Shown here: one piece after another, positions 29,210 to 41,823 of the stretch
Position numbering within the stretch: the stretch's first letter is position 1
Layout: each line of letters begins with the position of its first letter
Origin: a candidate division WOR-3 bacterium
Lineage (GTDB): Bacteria > Hydrothermota > Tepidihabitantia > SM23-42 > CAYGYG01
Assembly: GCA_965648915.1 (NCBI GenBank)
Contig: CBFGIV010000013.1
Coordinates: forward strand, 1-50,006
Length of the DNA stretch: 50,006 nucleotides
Direction: 5' to 3'
Notes under the pieces: generated by a model
The model's database searches: none
The model's input: the letters and a program-made list of their open reading frames with translations, nothing else
What the model was told of the DNA's origin: nothing
Position numbers and translations under genes: made by a program

Positions 29210-30954
29210 TTATTTTTCTCTATTTTCTATCTCTGTTTGGCAATGATGTAGGGACAACTTCGTTTTCACTTCTAAAAGTTAGTTTGGGACCAAGGGCATG
29301 TGGAATGGGCGAGGCATTTGTTGGCCTGGCAAACGATATCTCGGCCCTCTGGTGGAATCCAGCCGGTCTTGCCCAGTTAAAAACATCTACGCTATTCTTC
29401 TCGCACCACGAGTGGTTTTATGATATAAATGATGAGATAGTATTTTTCGCCTATCCAGTAAAGAATAGGGCTACTTTGGCCATTGGTGGCGTCTATTCAT
29501 CAACCGGCGTAGAAGCCTGGAATCAAGAAAACTATCCAGAACCTAATCTTCGTTTCACCCAGGGCTACCTATTAATAGGTTTAGGCCATAATCTCAGTAA
29601 CAAATTTGCCATCGGTGCCGGAGGAAAGATTCTGTATGAAAGTACCGGACAGGCGAAAAATATTGGTCTCTGTATCGACGGCGGGATGCAGGAGAAAATC
29701 GATCAGAATTTGACAATTGGTTTATGCGTGCAAAATATCGGTCCCGGCGTATATTATGAAGGAAGCCGTTGGAACATTCCATTAGACCTGAGGGCGGGCA
29801 TTCTTTATTCAAAGATTAAAAATCTTAATATCATCTCTGACTTAGACATACTCCTTGACCACAGTCCCAATTTTCATCTTGGCAGTGAATATAATATTGA
29901 AAATATTCTTAAACTCCGGGTTGGTTACAGAACCGGTCCCCAGGATATAAATCAACTCGGTCTGTTGAGTGGATTGACATCAGGTATCGGCATCGCCAAA
30001 CAACCATTCACCATAGACTATGCCTTTGTCCCCTATGGAAAATTAGGATTAACCCATCGTATTGCTCTGAGTATAAATCTGCCTGTGGTCCAGAAAGCAG
30101 AATTAAAAATCAAAGTGGTTGATAGTGAGACCAAGATGCCTTTAGATGCGGAACTTTATATCACAGGGGTAAAGATACTTTCGACTAATTGTAATCGGTT
30201 GGGTGAAGCGATTATCAAAGACCTTAATGTAGGGTGGGTAAAGGTTGAATCGTTTAAGGAAAAATATTCAAATCGTATCGATTCCATCTATATTATTAGT
30301 CCTGGTGAATATCTGCTTCGAATCGAAATGAGCAAATTCGGTCTGGGGATCATTCATGGTCTGGTCTTTGATGCGGCAACGAAGAAAACAATCGGTGGGA
30401 CACTTCACTATCAGGGTCAAGCAATCGGTGCGGTTAAGATCGATTCGCTCTCTGGATCTTATACGGTAAAAAATCTACCGAGCGGTGACTATCTGGTAAA
30501 AGTTTCAGGTGATGACACGATGTATATCGAACAATCCTGCACCTTAAGAGTACTGAGTAATAAAATTACCGAACATGACTTCTACCTTGTTAAACGCCGT
30601 GGTAAGATTATCTTGAAGGGTATAAATTTTGAAACCGGTAAGGCTGAGTTAAGACCTGAATTTTATTCAATTCTCGATGAGGCAGGAAGGATTCTTCTTC
30701 AATACCCCGATATTACAATTGAGATTGCTGGCCATACCGACGCACGTGAAATCAAGACCGCTGAATTCCATTCTAACTGGGAACTCTCTCTGGCCCGGGC
30801 CAATGCGGTAAAGAACTATCTGATTCAAAAATTTAATATCAAGAAGGAGCGCCTCTTAACTCGAGGTTATGCAGATACCCAGCCGATTGCACCAAACACG
30901 ACTGAAGCTGGTATGGCAAAGAATCGAAGGACAGAATTCAGGATAATTGAGTAA
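29206..30954 (+). CDS. PorV/PorQ-family beta-barrel fused to Ig-like domains and an OmpA peptidoglycan-binding domain
   Basis: GPRACGMGEAF, WNPAGLA and DYAFVPYGKLGLTHR motifs; C-terminal GINFETG, GHTD, NWELSLARA and NRRTEF. Confidence 0.88.
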   Translation: MIIFLYFLSLFGNDVGTTSFSLLKVSLGPRACGMGEAFVGLANDISALWWNPAGLAQLKTSTLFFSHHEWFYDINDEIVFFAYPVKNRATLAIGGVYSSTGVEAWNQENYPEPNLRFTQGYLLIGLGHNLSNKFAIGAGGKILYESTGQAKNIGLCIDGGMQEKIDQNLTIGLCVQNIGPGVYYEGSRWNIPLDLRAGILYSKIKNLNIISDLDILLDHSPNFHLGSEYNIENILKLRVGYRTGPQDINQLGLLSGLTSGIGIAKQPFTIDYAFVPYGKLGLTHRIALSINLPVVQKAELKIKVVDSETKMPLDAELYITGVKILSTNCNRLGEAIIKDLNVGWVKVESFKEKYSNRIDSIYIISPGEYLLRIEMSKFGLGIIHGLVFDAATKKTIGGTLHYQGQAIGAVKIDSLSGSYTVKNLPSGDYLVKVSGDDTMYIEQSCTLRVLSNKITEHDFYLVKRRGKIILKGINFETGKAELRPEFYSILDEAGRILLQYPDITIEIAGHTDAREIKTAEFHSNWELSLARANAVKNYLIQKFNIKKERLLTRGYADTQPIAPNTTEAGMAKNRRTEFRIIE

Positions 30955-30984
30955 TTAAATCCTGGGAAAGATTATAGAGTGGCA

Positions 30985-32576
<1,592 letters not shown>

Positions 32577-32661
32577 TTAATTTATAACCATTTTTTAAAG
32601 ACTGTCAATTAGTATTTCATAACAAATAGAGTGCTCGTTACCCTAATAACAGCCTTACGGG

Positions 32662-32690
32662 TTGACAGGCTGATAAAAATAGACTATAAT
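32662..32690 (+). promoter_or_regulatory. Consensus sigma70 promoter, probably leaderless
   Basis: TTGACA-N17-TATAAT-N5-GTG. Confidence 0.75.
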
Positions 32691-32695
32691 TATAT

Positions 32696-34324
32696 GTGAA
32701 GTCCGACAAATCCCGGAGTTTTAAAAATTTATCAGTTTACAGACTGCCCATTTATTTAATCATCTTGACTCTGTTATCAATTCTTCTCAATCTTTATGGT
32801 ATCGACTGGGGATTACCAGATCAAAGGCACAATCACCCTTCATTTCACCCTGATGAAACGGCGAGCCTTGAGTCTTCTGTGTTCATTCTATCTTCAGATA
32901 AACCCCTCTTCCCATCACCCACAGGCCTGGGTAATGGGCCTATGCAATTTTATATAATCGCAGGGATATATAAACTTATATATGGAGATAAATTAAAAGA
33001 TATTCTGGCATCGATGGATGGACAAAAATTATCCCCGCTCTATCTTTGGGGAAGGATTGTTACTGTATTAATGTCAGCCGGATCTGCCCTGGTTCTTTTT
33101 TTTATCGGGAGAATGCTATTCAGCCCTTTTTCCGGTTTCTGTAGCGGTCTCTTTTTTGTTAGCCTGCCGGCAACGGTGACAAACAGTCACTACTTTCGGC
33201 CGGACATCCCAACCACTTTATGGTTGCTTTTAGCACTTTTATCAATATTTCATATTGTCAAATCGGGTAGAACAAGAGATTATTTGTTAAGTGGGCTTTT
33301 TACAGGCTTTGCTATTACGACGAAATATAATAGTATTTTGATTATTATCCCCCTGGTCGTTGCCCATATTTTTAGATGCAAAGAGATTTATAAAAAGAAG
33401 GGGCTGGTTAAATACTTTGATAAAAATTTATTGCTGGCCGCGGTCGTTTGTTGTATCACGTTTGTTATCACGGCCCCCGGGATTTTTTTGTATTGGGATA
33501 TTTTTCAGGAACGAGTTATAAAGCAATTTCATTATCAGACCGGTGGGACATTTATGGATTCTATGGATCTGGGGAGCGGGTGGATTGGTTATTTTACTCG
33601 AATTCTTCCATTTTCGATGGGTTGGCCGATGTTAATTCTGTCTTTGTGTGGAATAATTTATAGTATGATAAGAAGGTCAAGATTTGATATTATTCTCCTC
33701 CTCTGGGTTATTCCTTATTACCTTTTGATTGGTCGATCAGATTGGTGGGTCGTACGATACACCGTACCGCTAATGCCTTTTTTTACGATTTTTGGTGTAA
33801 ACCTTCTCGTTGAGCTCTATAAAAGATTAAGTTATAATCTTAAACCAATACCGACGCTTATTGGGGTTCTTATATTTTGCTACACACTATTCTTCTCGTA
33901 CAAACTCGATAGGATAATGGCATCCCCGGACCCAAGACACAAAGCCTATGACTGGAGTGCCAATAATATACCTGCGGGCAAAACAATCGGTTTTGATTTT
34001 TTACCCCAGGCATTTTACCCATCGATAAATTTAGAACTCCATAAGGCGCTTCATATGCAGATGGATTACAATCGATTGCCTCTTATTGATTATTATGTCG
34101 CTAATGACCAGGTTTATTTACAATTTTTGAGGTTGGCCTATCGTTATCCAAGACAAGCGCAGTATTTTAGAACTATACTATATTCGAGCAGCTTCAAATT
34201 ATTGGCTCGCTTCGAAAACGAGTTAAATATCCTGGGAATGAAGTTTAAGAAAGTTAACATTCCACATGATTATCTCTATTTTATGCCCCGAGTTGAAATT
34301 TACGAGCGGGCCAAGAATCTATAA
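32696..34324 (+). CDS. GT-C fold membrane glycosyltransferase (GT39/ArnT/PMT-like)
   Basis: HPDE in the first loop, many TM helices, and SHYFRPD, TKY and RY motifs. Confidence 0.85.
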   Translation: MKSDKSRSFKNLSVYRLPIYLIILTLLSILLNLYGIDWGLPDQRHNHPSFHPDETASLESSVFILSSDKPLFPSPTGLGNGPMQFYIIAGIYKLIYGDKLKDILASMDGQKLSPLYLWGRIVTVLMSAGSALVLFFIGRMLFSPFSGFCSGLFFVSLPATVTNSHYFRPDIPTTLWLLLALLSIFHIVKSGRTRDYLLSGLFTGFAITTKYNSILIIIPLVVAHIFRCKEIYKKKGLVKYFDKNLLLAAVVCCITFVITAPGIFLYWDIFQERVIKQFHYQTGGTFMDSMDLGSGWIGYFTRILPFSMGWPMLILSLCGIIYSMIRRSRFDIILLLWVIPYYLLIGRSDWWVVRYTVPLMPFFTIFGVNLLVELYKRLSYNLKPIPTLIGVLIFCYTLFFSYKLDRIMASPDPRHKAYDWSANNIPAGKTIGFDFLPQAFYPSINLELHKALHMQMDYNRLPLIDYYVANDQVYLQFLRLAYRYPRQAQYFRTILYSSSFKLLARFENELNILGMKFKKVNIPHDYLYFMPRVEIYERAKNL

Positions 34325-34339
34325 AAGGGAGAGAAACAA

Positions 34340-35038
34340 ATGGAGAAAGTAGGCATCAAAAATACATTAGTTTTGTTAACTTATAATGAAATTGAGGGGG
34401 TTCGTCGACTTTTTGATAAAATTCCTTTCGATCAAGTCGATGAATATTTTGTAATTGATGGAGGTTCCACTGATGGGACAATTGAATTTTTTCGAGAGAA
34501 AAAAATAAGAGTGATTTTTCAGGAAAAGAAGGGGCGAGGTGAGGCTTTTCGGATCGGCGTAAAAGAAGCTCGAGGTGAAAATATTGTCTTCTTCAGTCCT
34601 GATGGTAATGAAGATCCGCAAGATATCATTAGATTATTCAAATTGCTCGAAGCGGGTAACGATATGGCAATTGCTTCACGATTTTTACCCGGGGCAAGAA
34701 ACGAAGAGGACGATTTAATGTTCCCCTGGCGTGCCTGGGCTAATCGCTGTTTTACATTTATCGCCAACTCGATCTGGCATGGAAATATTACAGATACAAT
34801 AAATGGATTTCGAGGTGTTAAGAAATCTTCGTTTATCAAGATGAACCCTACAACCCATGCCTTTACAATTGAATATCAGATGTCGATCCGGGCATTAAAA
34901 TTAAGGATGCGCGTAGCGGAAATTGCCACATATGAAGGTGATCGGATAGGAGGCATAAGCAAAGCCAAGTCGATTCCGGTCGGGATAATGTTTGTAAAGT
35001 TTTTAATAAAAGAATTATTTACCGGGAGGAGATTTTAA
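34340..35038 (+). CDS. GT2 glycosyltransferase (polyprenol-phosphate sugar synthase-like)
   Basis: TYNE, IDGGSTDGT, GRGEA, SPDG, ASRF and TDTINGFR motifs. Confidence 0.88.
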   Translation: MEKVGIKNTLVLLTYNEIEGVRRLFDKIPFDQVDEYFVIDGGSTDGTIEFFREKKIRVIFQEKKGRGEAFRIGVKEARGENIVFFSPDGNEDPQDIIRLFKLLEAGNDMAIASRFLPGARNEEDDLMFPWRAWANRCFTFIANSIWHGNITDTINGFRGVKKSSFIKMNPTTHAFTIEYQMSIRALKLRMRVAEIATYEGDRIGGISKAKSIPVGIMFVKFLIKELFTGRRF

Positions 35039-35044
35039 ATAATA

Positions 35045-35680
35045 ATGTTGTCACCTCTGATGATCAAGGCGATTATTTTTGATCTTGATGGAACGCTATA
35101 TAAAAGTAAGAAGATTGAAAGGAAGTTTGCTGAGGCGGCCTATTATACACTGGCTAAATTCAAAAAGATCGGTTTAAGAGAAGCCAGTCGATTGGTCGAA
35201 GATCGTCGAGCCCGATTAAGCCAAAAGAAGGGTCACCGTATCCCGTACACCTATACGCTACGCTCTTTTGGTGTCCCGATTGAGTACTGGCACCGGGAGA
35301 ATATTCGATATTTTGACCCCCGGGATTATTTAAGGAAAAGCATAAAGTTAAAAAAGATCTTTAAGCAATTGCACAAGAACTATCGCCTTGCCGTTGTAAC
35401 CAATAACAACCGGGTTCAAACGATGCGTATCCTGAAGGCATTAAATATTGAGAAGTATTTCACAGTAATTCAAACCTTCAATGACTCCAATCGGCTAAAA
35501 CCCGATCCCAAGGTTTTTGTTGAGGTTACCAGAAGATTGAAGGTCGATCCCAAGGAGTGCCTTTCTGTTGGTGACCGGGTTGATGTCGATCTTTTACCGG
35601 CCCAAAAAATCGGGATGGCGGTTCTTAAAGTTAATTCGCCCCGGGGGATAAGTAGATTGTTAAAATTACTTCCTGGTTAA
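35045..35680 (+). CDS. HAD-superfamily hydrolase
   Basis: FDLDGTL, VTN, KPDP and VGDRVDVD motifs. Confidence 0.9.
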   Translation: MLSPLMIKAIIFDLDGTLYKSKKIERKFAEAAYYTLAKFKKIGLREASRLVEDRRARLSQKKGHRIPYTYTLRSFGVPIEYWHRENIRYFDPRDYLRKSIKLKKIFKQLHKNYRLAVVTNNNRVQTMRILKALNIEKYFTVIQTFNDSNRLKPDPKVFVEVTRRLKVDPKECLSVGDRVDVDLLPAQKIGMAVLKVNSPRGISRLLKLLPG

Positions 35681-36856
35681 TCTGGTATTTGGGTAGTAAT
35701 GTTTCAGTATCTTTTTATAATTATATCCCGCACGGGCCATCCCCATTGCCCCGTACTGGCACATACCAACTCCATGACCATGACCTCGGCCATTAATCTT
35801 TATCTTACCATTCGTTACCTTCATATCAAAGTAGGTGCTTTTAAGCATACCGGTTAATGACTCCTCACCAGCCAGCACCTTACGAATCTTCCATTTCGGA
35901 ATTTTCTCTTCACGAAGGCTCGTAATAACGGTTATCTCGATTACCCGCCCGGTTTCGGTGGATCGCTTTAATTTGATAGCCTTTATTCGCTCATTTCTTA
36001 ATGAATCATATCCGAGGCTTTTCATCAATTGAGAAAACGATATATCTGTCTCCCAGCGATAGTGGGGTGATTGTTTACAGAACGGGTCATCGACACTTGT
36101 CAGATACGGTGGAGAAGAGTCTCCCCAGATATCACTGAAATTTGCAGTTCGGCCACCACAGGTTGAATGATACTTGGCTTCAATCGGTTCACGCTGGTAA
36201 ACCAAAATTTGATCTTTGGTTTTTTTTATCGCCCGGTTCACAAGTTCACTCTCGACATTCATACCATCATAGACCTGGTCCTGAACTGTTGCATAAACAT
36301 CAAAACCGAAATTATCATATTTTCCTTTGTGGGCGTAGGCATAGGTCCGCGCAGCAACGGCCTGGGCTTTGATTGCCTCAAAGAGTTCCCGGTCTATCTG
36401 CCCCATTTCTGATGGCACAACCCCTTGCAGGTATTCTTCGATGGTCAGAATGTTGATCAAGAAATTTTGTCCCTGGACAGAACGAAAAACCAGCACCCCG
36501 CGGTAATTCCGATTGCCCAGTCTGAATATCTTCGATTCGGGTATGAAATAGATGACTGAATCATAAATTCGTGCCAGCCCCCGGGCCAATCTTAAATTAA
36601 TTACCGAATCAGTGATTGTTACATCTATCTTATTGCTACCGACCTTAAGATACTTTTCCTTACTTATAACTTTGAAACTTCCTGGTGAGGAGAAAGTAAA
36701 ATTATTTACACCAGTTGCTATAGCAACTCGGATATAATCTTCGGGAATTTTTGTCTCTTTTATGTAAGGGTGACAATTTAGTGACAGGCATAAAAATAAT
36801 GACATCAGATACTGAATCAAAAATTCGGTCGAACCAGTTCCTTTTCTCTGGTTCAT
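35666..36856 (-). CDS. SpoIID/LytB-domain lytic transglycosylase, probable lipoprotein (start uncertain)
   Basis: EEYLQGVVPSEM, KAQAVAARTY, DQVY, YHSTCGG and GHGVGMCQYGA motifs; lipobox-like LSLNC. Confidence 0.88.
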   Translation of the reverse strand: MNQRKGTGSTEFLIQYLMSLFLCLSLNCHPYIKETKIPEDYIRVAIATGVNNFTFSSPGSFKVISKEKYLKVGSNKIDVTITDSVINLRLARGLARIYDSVIYFIPESKIFRLGNRNYRGVLVFRSVQGQNFLINILTIEEYLQGVVPSEMGQIDRELFEAIKAQAVAARTYAYAHKGKYDNFGFDVYATVQDQVYDGMNVESELVNRAIKKTKDQILVYQREPIEAKYHSTCGGRTANFSDIWGDSSPPYLTSVDDPFCKQSPHYRWETDISFSQLMKSLGYDSLRNERIKAIKLKRSTETGRVIEITVITSLREEKIPKWKIRKVLAGEESLTGMLKSTYFDMKVTNGKIKINGRGHGHGVGMCQYGAMGMARAGYNYKKILKHYYPNTRLTRK

Positions 36857-36897
36857 CCTGACTGGTGTCGAAACTAATTTACAATTGAACGCAACCA

Positions 36898-37356
36898 CTA
36901 CGATCCTCTTGGAGGAGAAATCTCTTCGATCCGCTTCTTCATATTCTCCAGATGACTTCCTGGCCAGTAGATACGATGACACATCGGACATTGAGTGAAG
37001 GTGTCAAAATTCTTAAAGGTATAATAGGGAATTTTTCCCTTAATTTCATCTTTTTTAACTTTTATCAATTCTTTATTGCAAATAATGCAACGGCTGAAAA
37101 ATTTAGCCTTATCACCCAACCGGTATTTTAACCAGACTATCTTTAGTTGTTCCTCGGGTATTTCTGAATTGATGTAAAAGACTTCGGGCCAATCTTTAAT
37201 TTTTGTATTTCTTGTTAAAATGGTCCTCTGTTCCTGTCTTGCCTTAATAATCAATTCATTAATATTTGCAGTTTTTATATACTCAACATCAAAACCGGCA
37301 ATGCGCAGATAACGAGCAAGTTTACCCATCATACCGTCACAGAGAAAACGATCCAT
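36898..37356 (-). CDS. Mut7-C RNase domain (PIN-like plus Zn ribbon) protein
   Basis: FLCDGMMGKLARYLRIAGFD, ILTR, RCIICN and CPMCHRIYWPGSH motifs. Confidence 0.88.
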   Translation of the reverse strand: MDRFLCDGMMGKLARYLRIAGFDVEYIKTANINELIIKARQEQRTILTRNTKIKDWPEVFYINSEIPEEQLKIVWLKYRLGDKAKFFSRCIICNKELIKVKKDEIKGKIPYYTFKNFDTFTQCPMCHRIYWPGSHLENMKKRIEEISPPRGS

Positions 37357-37363
37357 TGGTAGA

Positions 37364-37448
37364 ATATTATTGCAACTTAGTGAAATGTCAACCCATTTTG
37401 ATCCCATCAGGATAAAGTTATTGACTAATTGAAAAAAACAAATAAAAT
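37364..37448. promoter_or_regulatory. Divergent sigma70 promoters for the Mut7-C gene and selA
   Basis: Minus strand: TTGACA(37391)-N16-TAATAT-N7-ATG. Plus strand: TTGACT(37421)-N16-TAAAAT. Confidence 0.6.
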
Positions 37449-37462
37449 GATAAGGATATATT

Positions 37463-38863
37463 ATGGTTAGAGAACTGAGTGATCGATTAAAAAGAATCCC
37501 CTCGGTTGAACATATTTTAAATCAACCCGAAGTTGTGGCGATGCTTGAAGCGGTGCCGCGGCGCGTTGTTGTTGATGTGATTCGCAGAAGACTCGATGAG
37601 TATCGAAATAAAATAAAGATTTCTAAAAAAGAGGCGCCCGAGATAAAAAAAACCGATCTGGTGAAAGAGATTGTTGAAGAGATAAAGGATTTTTCTGGGC
37701 CCAGTTTGACGCGGGCGATCAACGGCCTGGGAGTGATATTGCATACTGGTCTGGGCCGGGCACCATTAAGCCCGGCGGCTAAAGAAGCTTTGCAGGTGGT
37801 AAGTGAGTTTTATTCAAATCTGGCGATCGATAAAGAGGCGGGCCGAAGGGCCGAGCGGTATCGTCATGTGGAGAGATTATTGAATATTATCACCGGTGCA
37901 GAGGCTGCCTGTGTGGTTAACAATAATGCCGCTGCGACTCTTCTGGTGCTGGACACTCTGGCTAAAGGTAGAGAAGTTATCGTTTCCCGCGGTCACTTGA
38001 TCGAAATTGGTGGTTCTTTTCGGATTCCAGAGATAATGGCAAAGAGTGGGGCGATTATGGTTGAAGTGGGGACAACAAATCGAACTCACCTGAGAGACTA
38101 TCAGAATGCGATTGGGCCAAACACCGCCGCCCTCTTAAAGGTTCATACCAGTAATTATAAAATTGTTGGTTTTGTTGCCGAGGTTTCGCTCCCTGATCTG
38201 GTTCAACTTGCCCGGGAGAAAAATCTGGTGATGATTGATGACCTCGGTAGTGGTGCACTGATTGACCTTTCCCGCTATGGTCTGCCTAAGGAGCCGACGG
38301 TTCAGGATAGTATTCAAGCCGGGGCAGATATCGTCTGCTTCAGTGGTGATAAGTTGATCGGTGGACCTCAGGCCGGAATAATTGTCGGGAGGAAGAGATA
38401 TATCGATCCTATTAAGAAAAATCCCCTGACCCGGGCGATGCGTTGTTGTAAACTCACTTACGCAGCACTTGAAGCAACGCTTCGTCTATTCCTTGATGAA
38501 AAGAAACTTTTTAATGAGAATACGACCCTGGGTTTAATTACAAAAGATCCGGTCACCATCAAAGAGGAGGCAAGCAGTTTTGCCGAACAACTCAGGAGCA
38601 ATCTTGGTACAAAACTGACGGTCACAGTAAGAGAAGATCTTTCTGAAGTCGGTGGAGGGTCTCTGGCGACCGAAAGTTTACCAACAACTGTCGTTGCCAT
38701 TATCCCCAAAGCGGTAAAGGTTCAAGAATTGGCTTACCGGCTAAGGAATTATAAAATACCTATTTTTGGTAGGGTCACTGAGCATCAATATCTCCTCGAT
38801 TTTCGAACCATAAGAAAAGATGAAGGTTCGATCATCCTTGCTGCCTTAAAAGATTGTTTGTAA
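37463..38863 (+). CDS. selA: L-seryl-tRNA(Sec) selenium transferase
   Basis: [30 protein letters not shown] and [13 protein letters not shown] (PLP lysine) motifs. Confidence 0.96.
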   Translation: MVRELSDRLKRIPSVEHILNQPEVVAMLEAVPRRVVVDVIRRRLDEYRNKIKISKKEAPEIKKTDLVKEIVEEIKDFSGPSLTRAINGLGVILHTGLGRAPLSPAAKEALQVVSEFYSNLAIDKEAGRRAERYRHVERLLNIITGAEAACVVNNNAAATLLVLDTLAKGREVIVSRGHLIEIGGSFRIPEIMAKSGAIMVEVGTTNRTHLRDYQNAIGPNTAALLKVHTSNYKIVGFVAEVSLPDLVQLAREKNLVMIDDLGSGALIDLSRYGLPKEPTVQDSIQAGADIVCFSGDKLIGGPQAGIIVGRKRYIDPIKKNPLTRAMRCCKLTYAALEATLRLFLDEKKLFNENTTLGLITKDPVTIKEEASSFAEQLRSNLGTKLTVTVREDLSEVGGGSLATESLPTTVVAIIPKAVKVQELAYRLRNYKIPIFGRVTEHQYLLDFRTIRKDEGSIILAALKDCL

Positions 38864-38864
38864 T

Positions 38865-40787
38865 ATGGACTCTTCCCGCCAGCATGTCGTCATCGGTACT
38901 GCGGGCCATATTGACCACGGTAAGAGTGCTATCGTAAAGGCAATAACCGGAACAGATCCCGACCGCCTGATTGAAGAGAAAGAACGCGGGATGACGATCG
39001 ATTTAGGTTTTGCCTTCTGGGGGGATAATGTTACATTTATTGATGTGCCCGGCCATGAGAAGTTTATTAAGAATATGCTCGCCGGGGCGACCACGATCGA
39101 TCTCGTGCTTTTAGTAGTGGCGGCCGACGACGGGATTATGCCGCAGACTATTGAGCATTTTGAAATTACTAAAATTCTAAACATTAAGCAGGGGCTGATT
39201 GTCATTAATAAAATTGATCTTGTTGAAAAGAGTTGGCTGGAACTGGTTATTGAAGATGTTAAGAATTTAGTTAAAGACTCTTTTCTGGCCGATGCCCCGA
39301 TAATTCCGGTTTCGACGGTTACCGGTGAGGGTATTGAGGTGCTGAAGAGAGAACTGACAAGACTACTGAATGAAGTCAAGCCCAAGGTTGACCGTGGTGT
39401 CTTTCGTCTTCCCATCGATCGGATTTTTACAATGAAGGGCTTTGGGACGGTTGTTGCCGGAACCGTCCTCTCGGGCAAAGTCCATGTTGGGGATCAGGTT
39501 GAAATTCTACCGCAACGTAAGATCGTTAAAGTTAGAAATATTCAGGTCCATAATCGAACAGTGGAACGGGCTCAGCTCGGTGAAAGGGCGGCCTTCAATC
39601 TATTGGGGATTGAAAAAAGTCTGATTAACCGAGGTGATGTCCTGGCCCAGCCAGGTTATTACCGCCCCACATTGCTTATAAATGCTGCTTTTACTCTGTT
39701 AAAGGATTTTCAGCAGCCTTTGAAACATATGTCACGGGTTCGAGTACATATAGGGACTTCCGAGATAATGGGTCGAGTCTATTTAATCGACCGGAAAGAA
39801 CTCTGTCCGGGTGAGAGTGGACTTGTGCAACTGAGGCTGGAAAATGAAACAGTATGCGACCGAACCGACCGTTTCGTAGTCAGGACTTATTCGCCCCAGC
39901 GGACAATCGGTGGTGGTGTTGTTCTTGAACCCAACCCGGAAAAGGCCGTTCGCTATGACCGGGTATTGATCGAAAAACTCAATACTTTAATGTCGGAAAG
40001 CCCCGAGGATATAGTAAATGAAATAATTCGCCACTCACTCAATCGCCCCCTTGAACCTGTGGAGATTGCTCAGCGTAGTTCGTTCGATCCCGAAAAGATT
40101 TTTGAAATACTTAAGCGGTTGGTAGAGAAAAAGAAAATTGTCGCCCTACTAGGGGAGAAGCACCAGGCATATTATAATACAGAAAATTATCAAAATTATA
40201 AGAGATTTGCCCTCGATGCAATTCAGGATATGTTTAATAAAAATCCTTTAAGGATCGATATTAAACATTCTGAACTTAAAGCCCTTTTTCCTAAGGATAT
40301 GAACCTCGAACTCTTTAACATAATACTCAAGGATCTCGCTAAAGAAAGAAAGATTAAGTTTGAAGATGGCGTGACGATAACGATTCCTGATCTCCAGATC
40401 TCTTTGAAAAAGGACGAGCAGATGATCTGTGATCGTATTGAAAGACTCCTTCTCGAGAATAGATTTAACCCGCCTTCGGTGAATGAGATTGTCCAGAACA
40501 TCGGAGGAGATAAGCAGAAGGTTAGTGATCTGATAAATTTTCTTATAAATTCTCGGGTTTTAATTAAAGTAGGTGAAGGGATGGTCTTTCACAAAGACGC
40601 GATTCAAGAGGCCGAGGCGGTGATTCGTCAGCATTTTGCTCAAAAGACCGAACTTCGGGCCAGTGATTTCAAAGAAAGGATCGGGACTTCAAGGAAATAT
40701 GCCATACCCCTTCTTACTTATTTTGATCAGAAAGGATTGACCCTCCGTCGTGGTGAGGTAAGGGTATTTAGAGATAAGCAATTTTAA
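38865..40787 (+). CDS. selB: Selenocysteine-specific elongation factor
   Basis: [23 protein letters not shown] and NKID motifs; C-terminal winged helices with SRKYAIP. Confidence 0.96.
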   Translation: MDSSRQHVVIGTAGHIDHGKSAIVKAITGTDPDRLIEEKERGMTIDLGFAFWGDNVTFIDVPGHEKFIKNMLAGATTIDLVLLVVAADDGIMPQTIEHFEITKILNIKQGLIVINKIDLVEKSWLELVIEDVKNLVKDSFLADAPIIPVSTVTGEGIEVLKRELTRLLNEVKPKVDRGVFRLPIDRIFTMKGFGTVVAGTVLSGKVHVGDQVEILPQRKIVKVRNIQVHNRTVERAQLGERAAFNLLGIEKSLINRGDVLAQPGYYRPTLLINAAFTLLKDFQQPLKHMSRVRVHIGTSEIMGRVYLIDRKELCPGESGLVQLRLENETVCDRTDRFVVRTYSPQRTIGGGVVLEPNPEKAVRYDRVLIEKLNTLMSESPEDIVNEIIRHSLNRPLEPVEIAQRSSFDPEKIFEILKRLVEKKKIVALLGEKHQAYYNTENYQNYKRFALDAIQDMFNKNPLRIDIKHSELKALFPKDMNLELFNIILKDLAKERKIKFEDGVTITIPDLQISLKKDEQMICDRIERLLLENRFNPPSVNEIVQNIGGDKQKVSDLINFLINSRVLIKVGEGMVFHKDAIQEAEAVIRQHFAQKTELRASDFKERIGTSRKYAIPLLTYFDQKGLTLRRGEVRVFRDKQF

Positions 40788-40857
40788 TTCGGTATCAAAT
40801 GTTGACATTTGGGATATTTTATATAATATTTATGAGCTATCCGTGGTCGATCGATTA

Positions 40858-40930
40858 GGGGCCGTGGCGCAGTTGGGAGCGCGTTTGACTGGCAGTCAAA
40901 AGGTCACGGGTTCGAATCCCGTCGGCTCCA
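40858..40930 (+). tRNA. tRNA-Ala(GGC); CCA not encoded
   Basis: Acceptor stem GGGGCCG/CGGCTCC with G3:U70, anticodon arm TTTGA-CTGGCAG-TCAAA, T-loop GGTTCGAATCC. Upstream TTGACA at 40802. Confidence 0.96.
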
Positions 40931-40957
40931 TCTGTTTAACAGCTTAAGGAGGTCTAT

Positions 40958-41317
40958 ATGAGAAAAGGAATTGGTGCAGGTGGTGCGATATTTTTAATAA
41001 TAGTATTTGCCCTGATTATATATTTGGGCTGGAATTTTGGTATGGTCTGGTTTAATTCCCGGTGGATGAAAGGTAAGGTGCGGGATGCAATTCAAACACG
41101 ATTTATGGAATCCAGTTCGAGTATCATCAGTGAGATCAAAGCCGTTGCGGTCGAAAGAGGAATTATTATTGATGAAAATAAAGTGATTGTAGATCGCCCC
41201 AGTCGTGATTCGATCCGGGTTCGCCTCGAATATACCGATGAAGTGAAAGTTCCCGGCTATCAGAAGACATATAATATTAAGATCGAAGTTACTGAGGCGG
41301 TCGGTGGTGGTGGATAG
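40958..41317 (+). CDS. Small pilin-like single-TM protein (DUF4845-like)
   Basis: AAGGAGG SD; MRKG followed by a hydrophobic helix, then an alpha/beta domain. Confidence 0.6.
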   Translation: MRKGIGAGGAIFLIIVFALIIYLGWNFGMVWFNSRWMKGKVRDAIQTRFMESSSSIISEIKAVAVERGIIIDENKVIVDRPSRDSIRVRLEYTDEVKVPGYQKTYNIKIEVTEAVGGGG

Positions 41318-41823
41318 TGCTTAATTCCCGGGTATTGGTCTTAAATCAAAACTTTGAGCCACTCACCGTCTGTAAGGTGAGACGGGCAGTCAATTTATTA
41401 ATTCTGGGTAAGGCTGAACTCATTGAGGAATTAAATGGTAAAAGGATTCGTTCAGTCTCATTATCATTGCCCGTACCTTCGGTCCTCAGACTAAAATATT
41501 ATATAAATGTTAAGCGGAAGGAGATTGCTTTAACCAAAAAGAATATCATCCGGCGCGACAATGGTCAGTGTCAGTATTGTGGCAGCACAAATGGGATAAT
41601 GACTACTGATCATGTCCGGCCGAAATCACTGGGTGGGGAGGAGACCTGGGAAAATTTAGTTTGCGCCTGTGTTAAGTGTAACAATCGAAAAGGCGGACGA
41701 ACGCTTGAAGAAGCGAGGATGACATTGTTGAGAAGGCCCAAAAAACCTCATTACTTTACTTTTATCATCAGCGCTTTTGGGAAGCCTGATGAGCGATGGC
41801 GTCCCTATCTGTTTTTGCACTAA
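41317..41823 (+). CDS. HNH endonuclease (McrA-like, VLVLN subtype)
   Basis: RDNGQCQYCG, TTDHVRPKSLGG and WENLVCACVKCNNRKG motifs. Confidence 0.92.
   Translation: MLNSRVLVLNQNFEPLTVCKVRRAVNLLILGKAELIEELNGKRIRSVSLSLPVPSVLRLKYYINVKRKEIALTKKNIIRRDNGQCQYCGSTNGIMTTDHVRPKSLGGEETWENLVCACVKCNNRKGGRTLEEARMTLLRRPKKPHYFTFIISAFGKPDERWRPYLFLH

Noticed and set aside
36825..36875. Alternative hairpins (GAACCAG/CTGGTTC) as a riboswitch or ncRNA
   Set aside because: The stems are short, overlap the probable start of the spoIID-like gene, and match no RNA family I recognise.
40858..41823. Integrative element at tRNA-Ala carrying an HNH nuclease
   Set aside because: No integrase or duplicated tRNA 3' end was seen. 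The HNH is a common housekeeping-associated subtype overlapping envelope genes.
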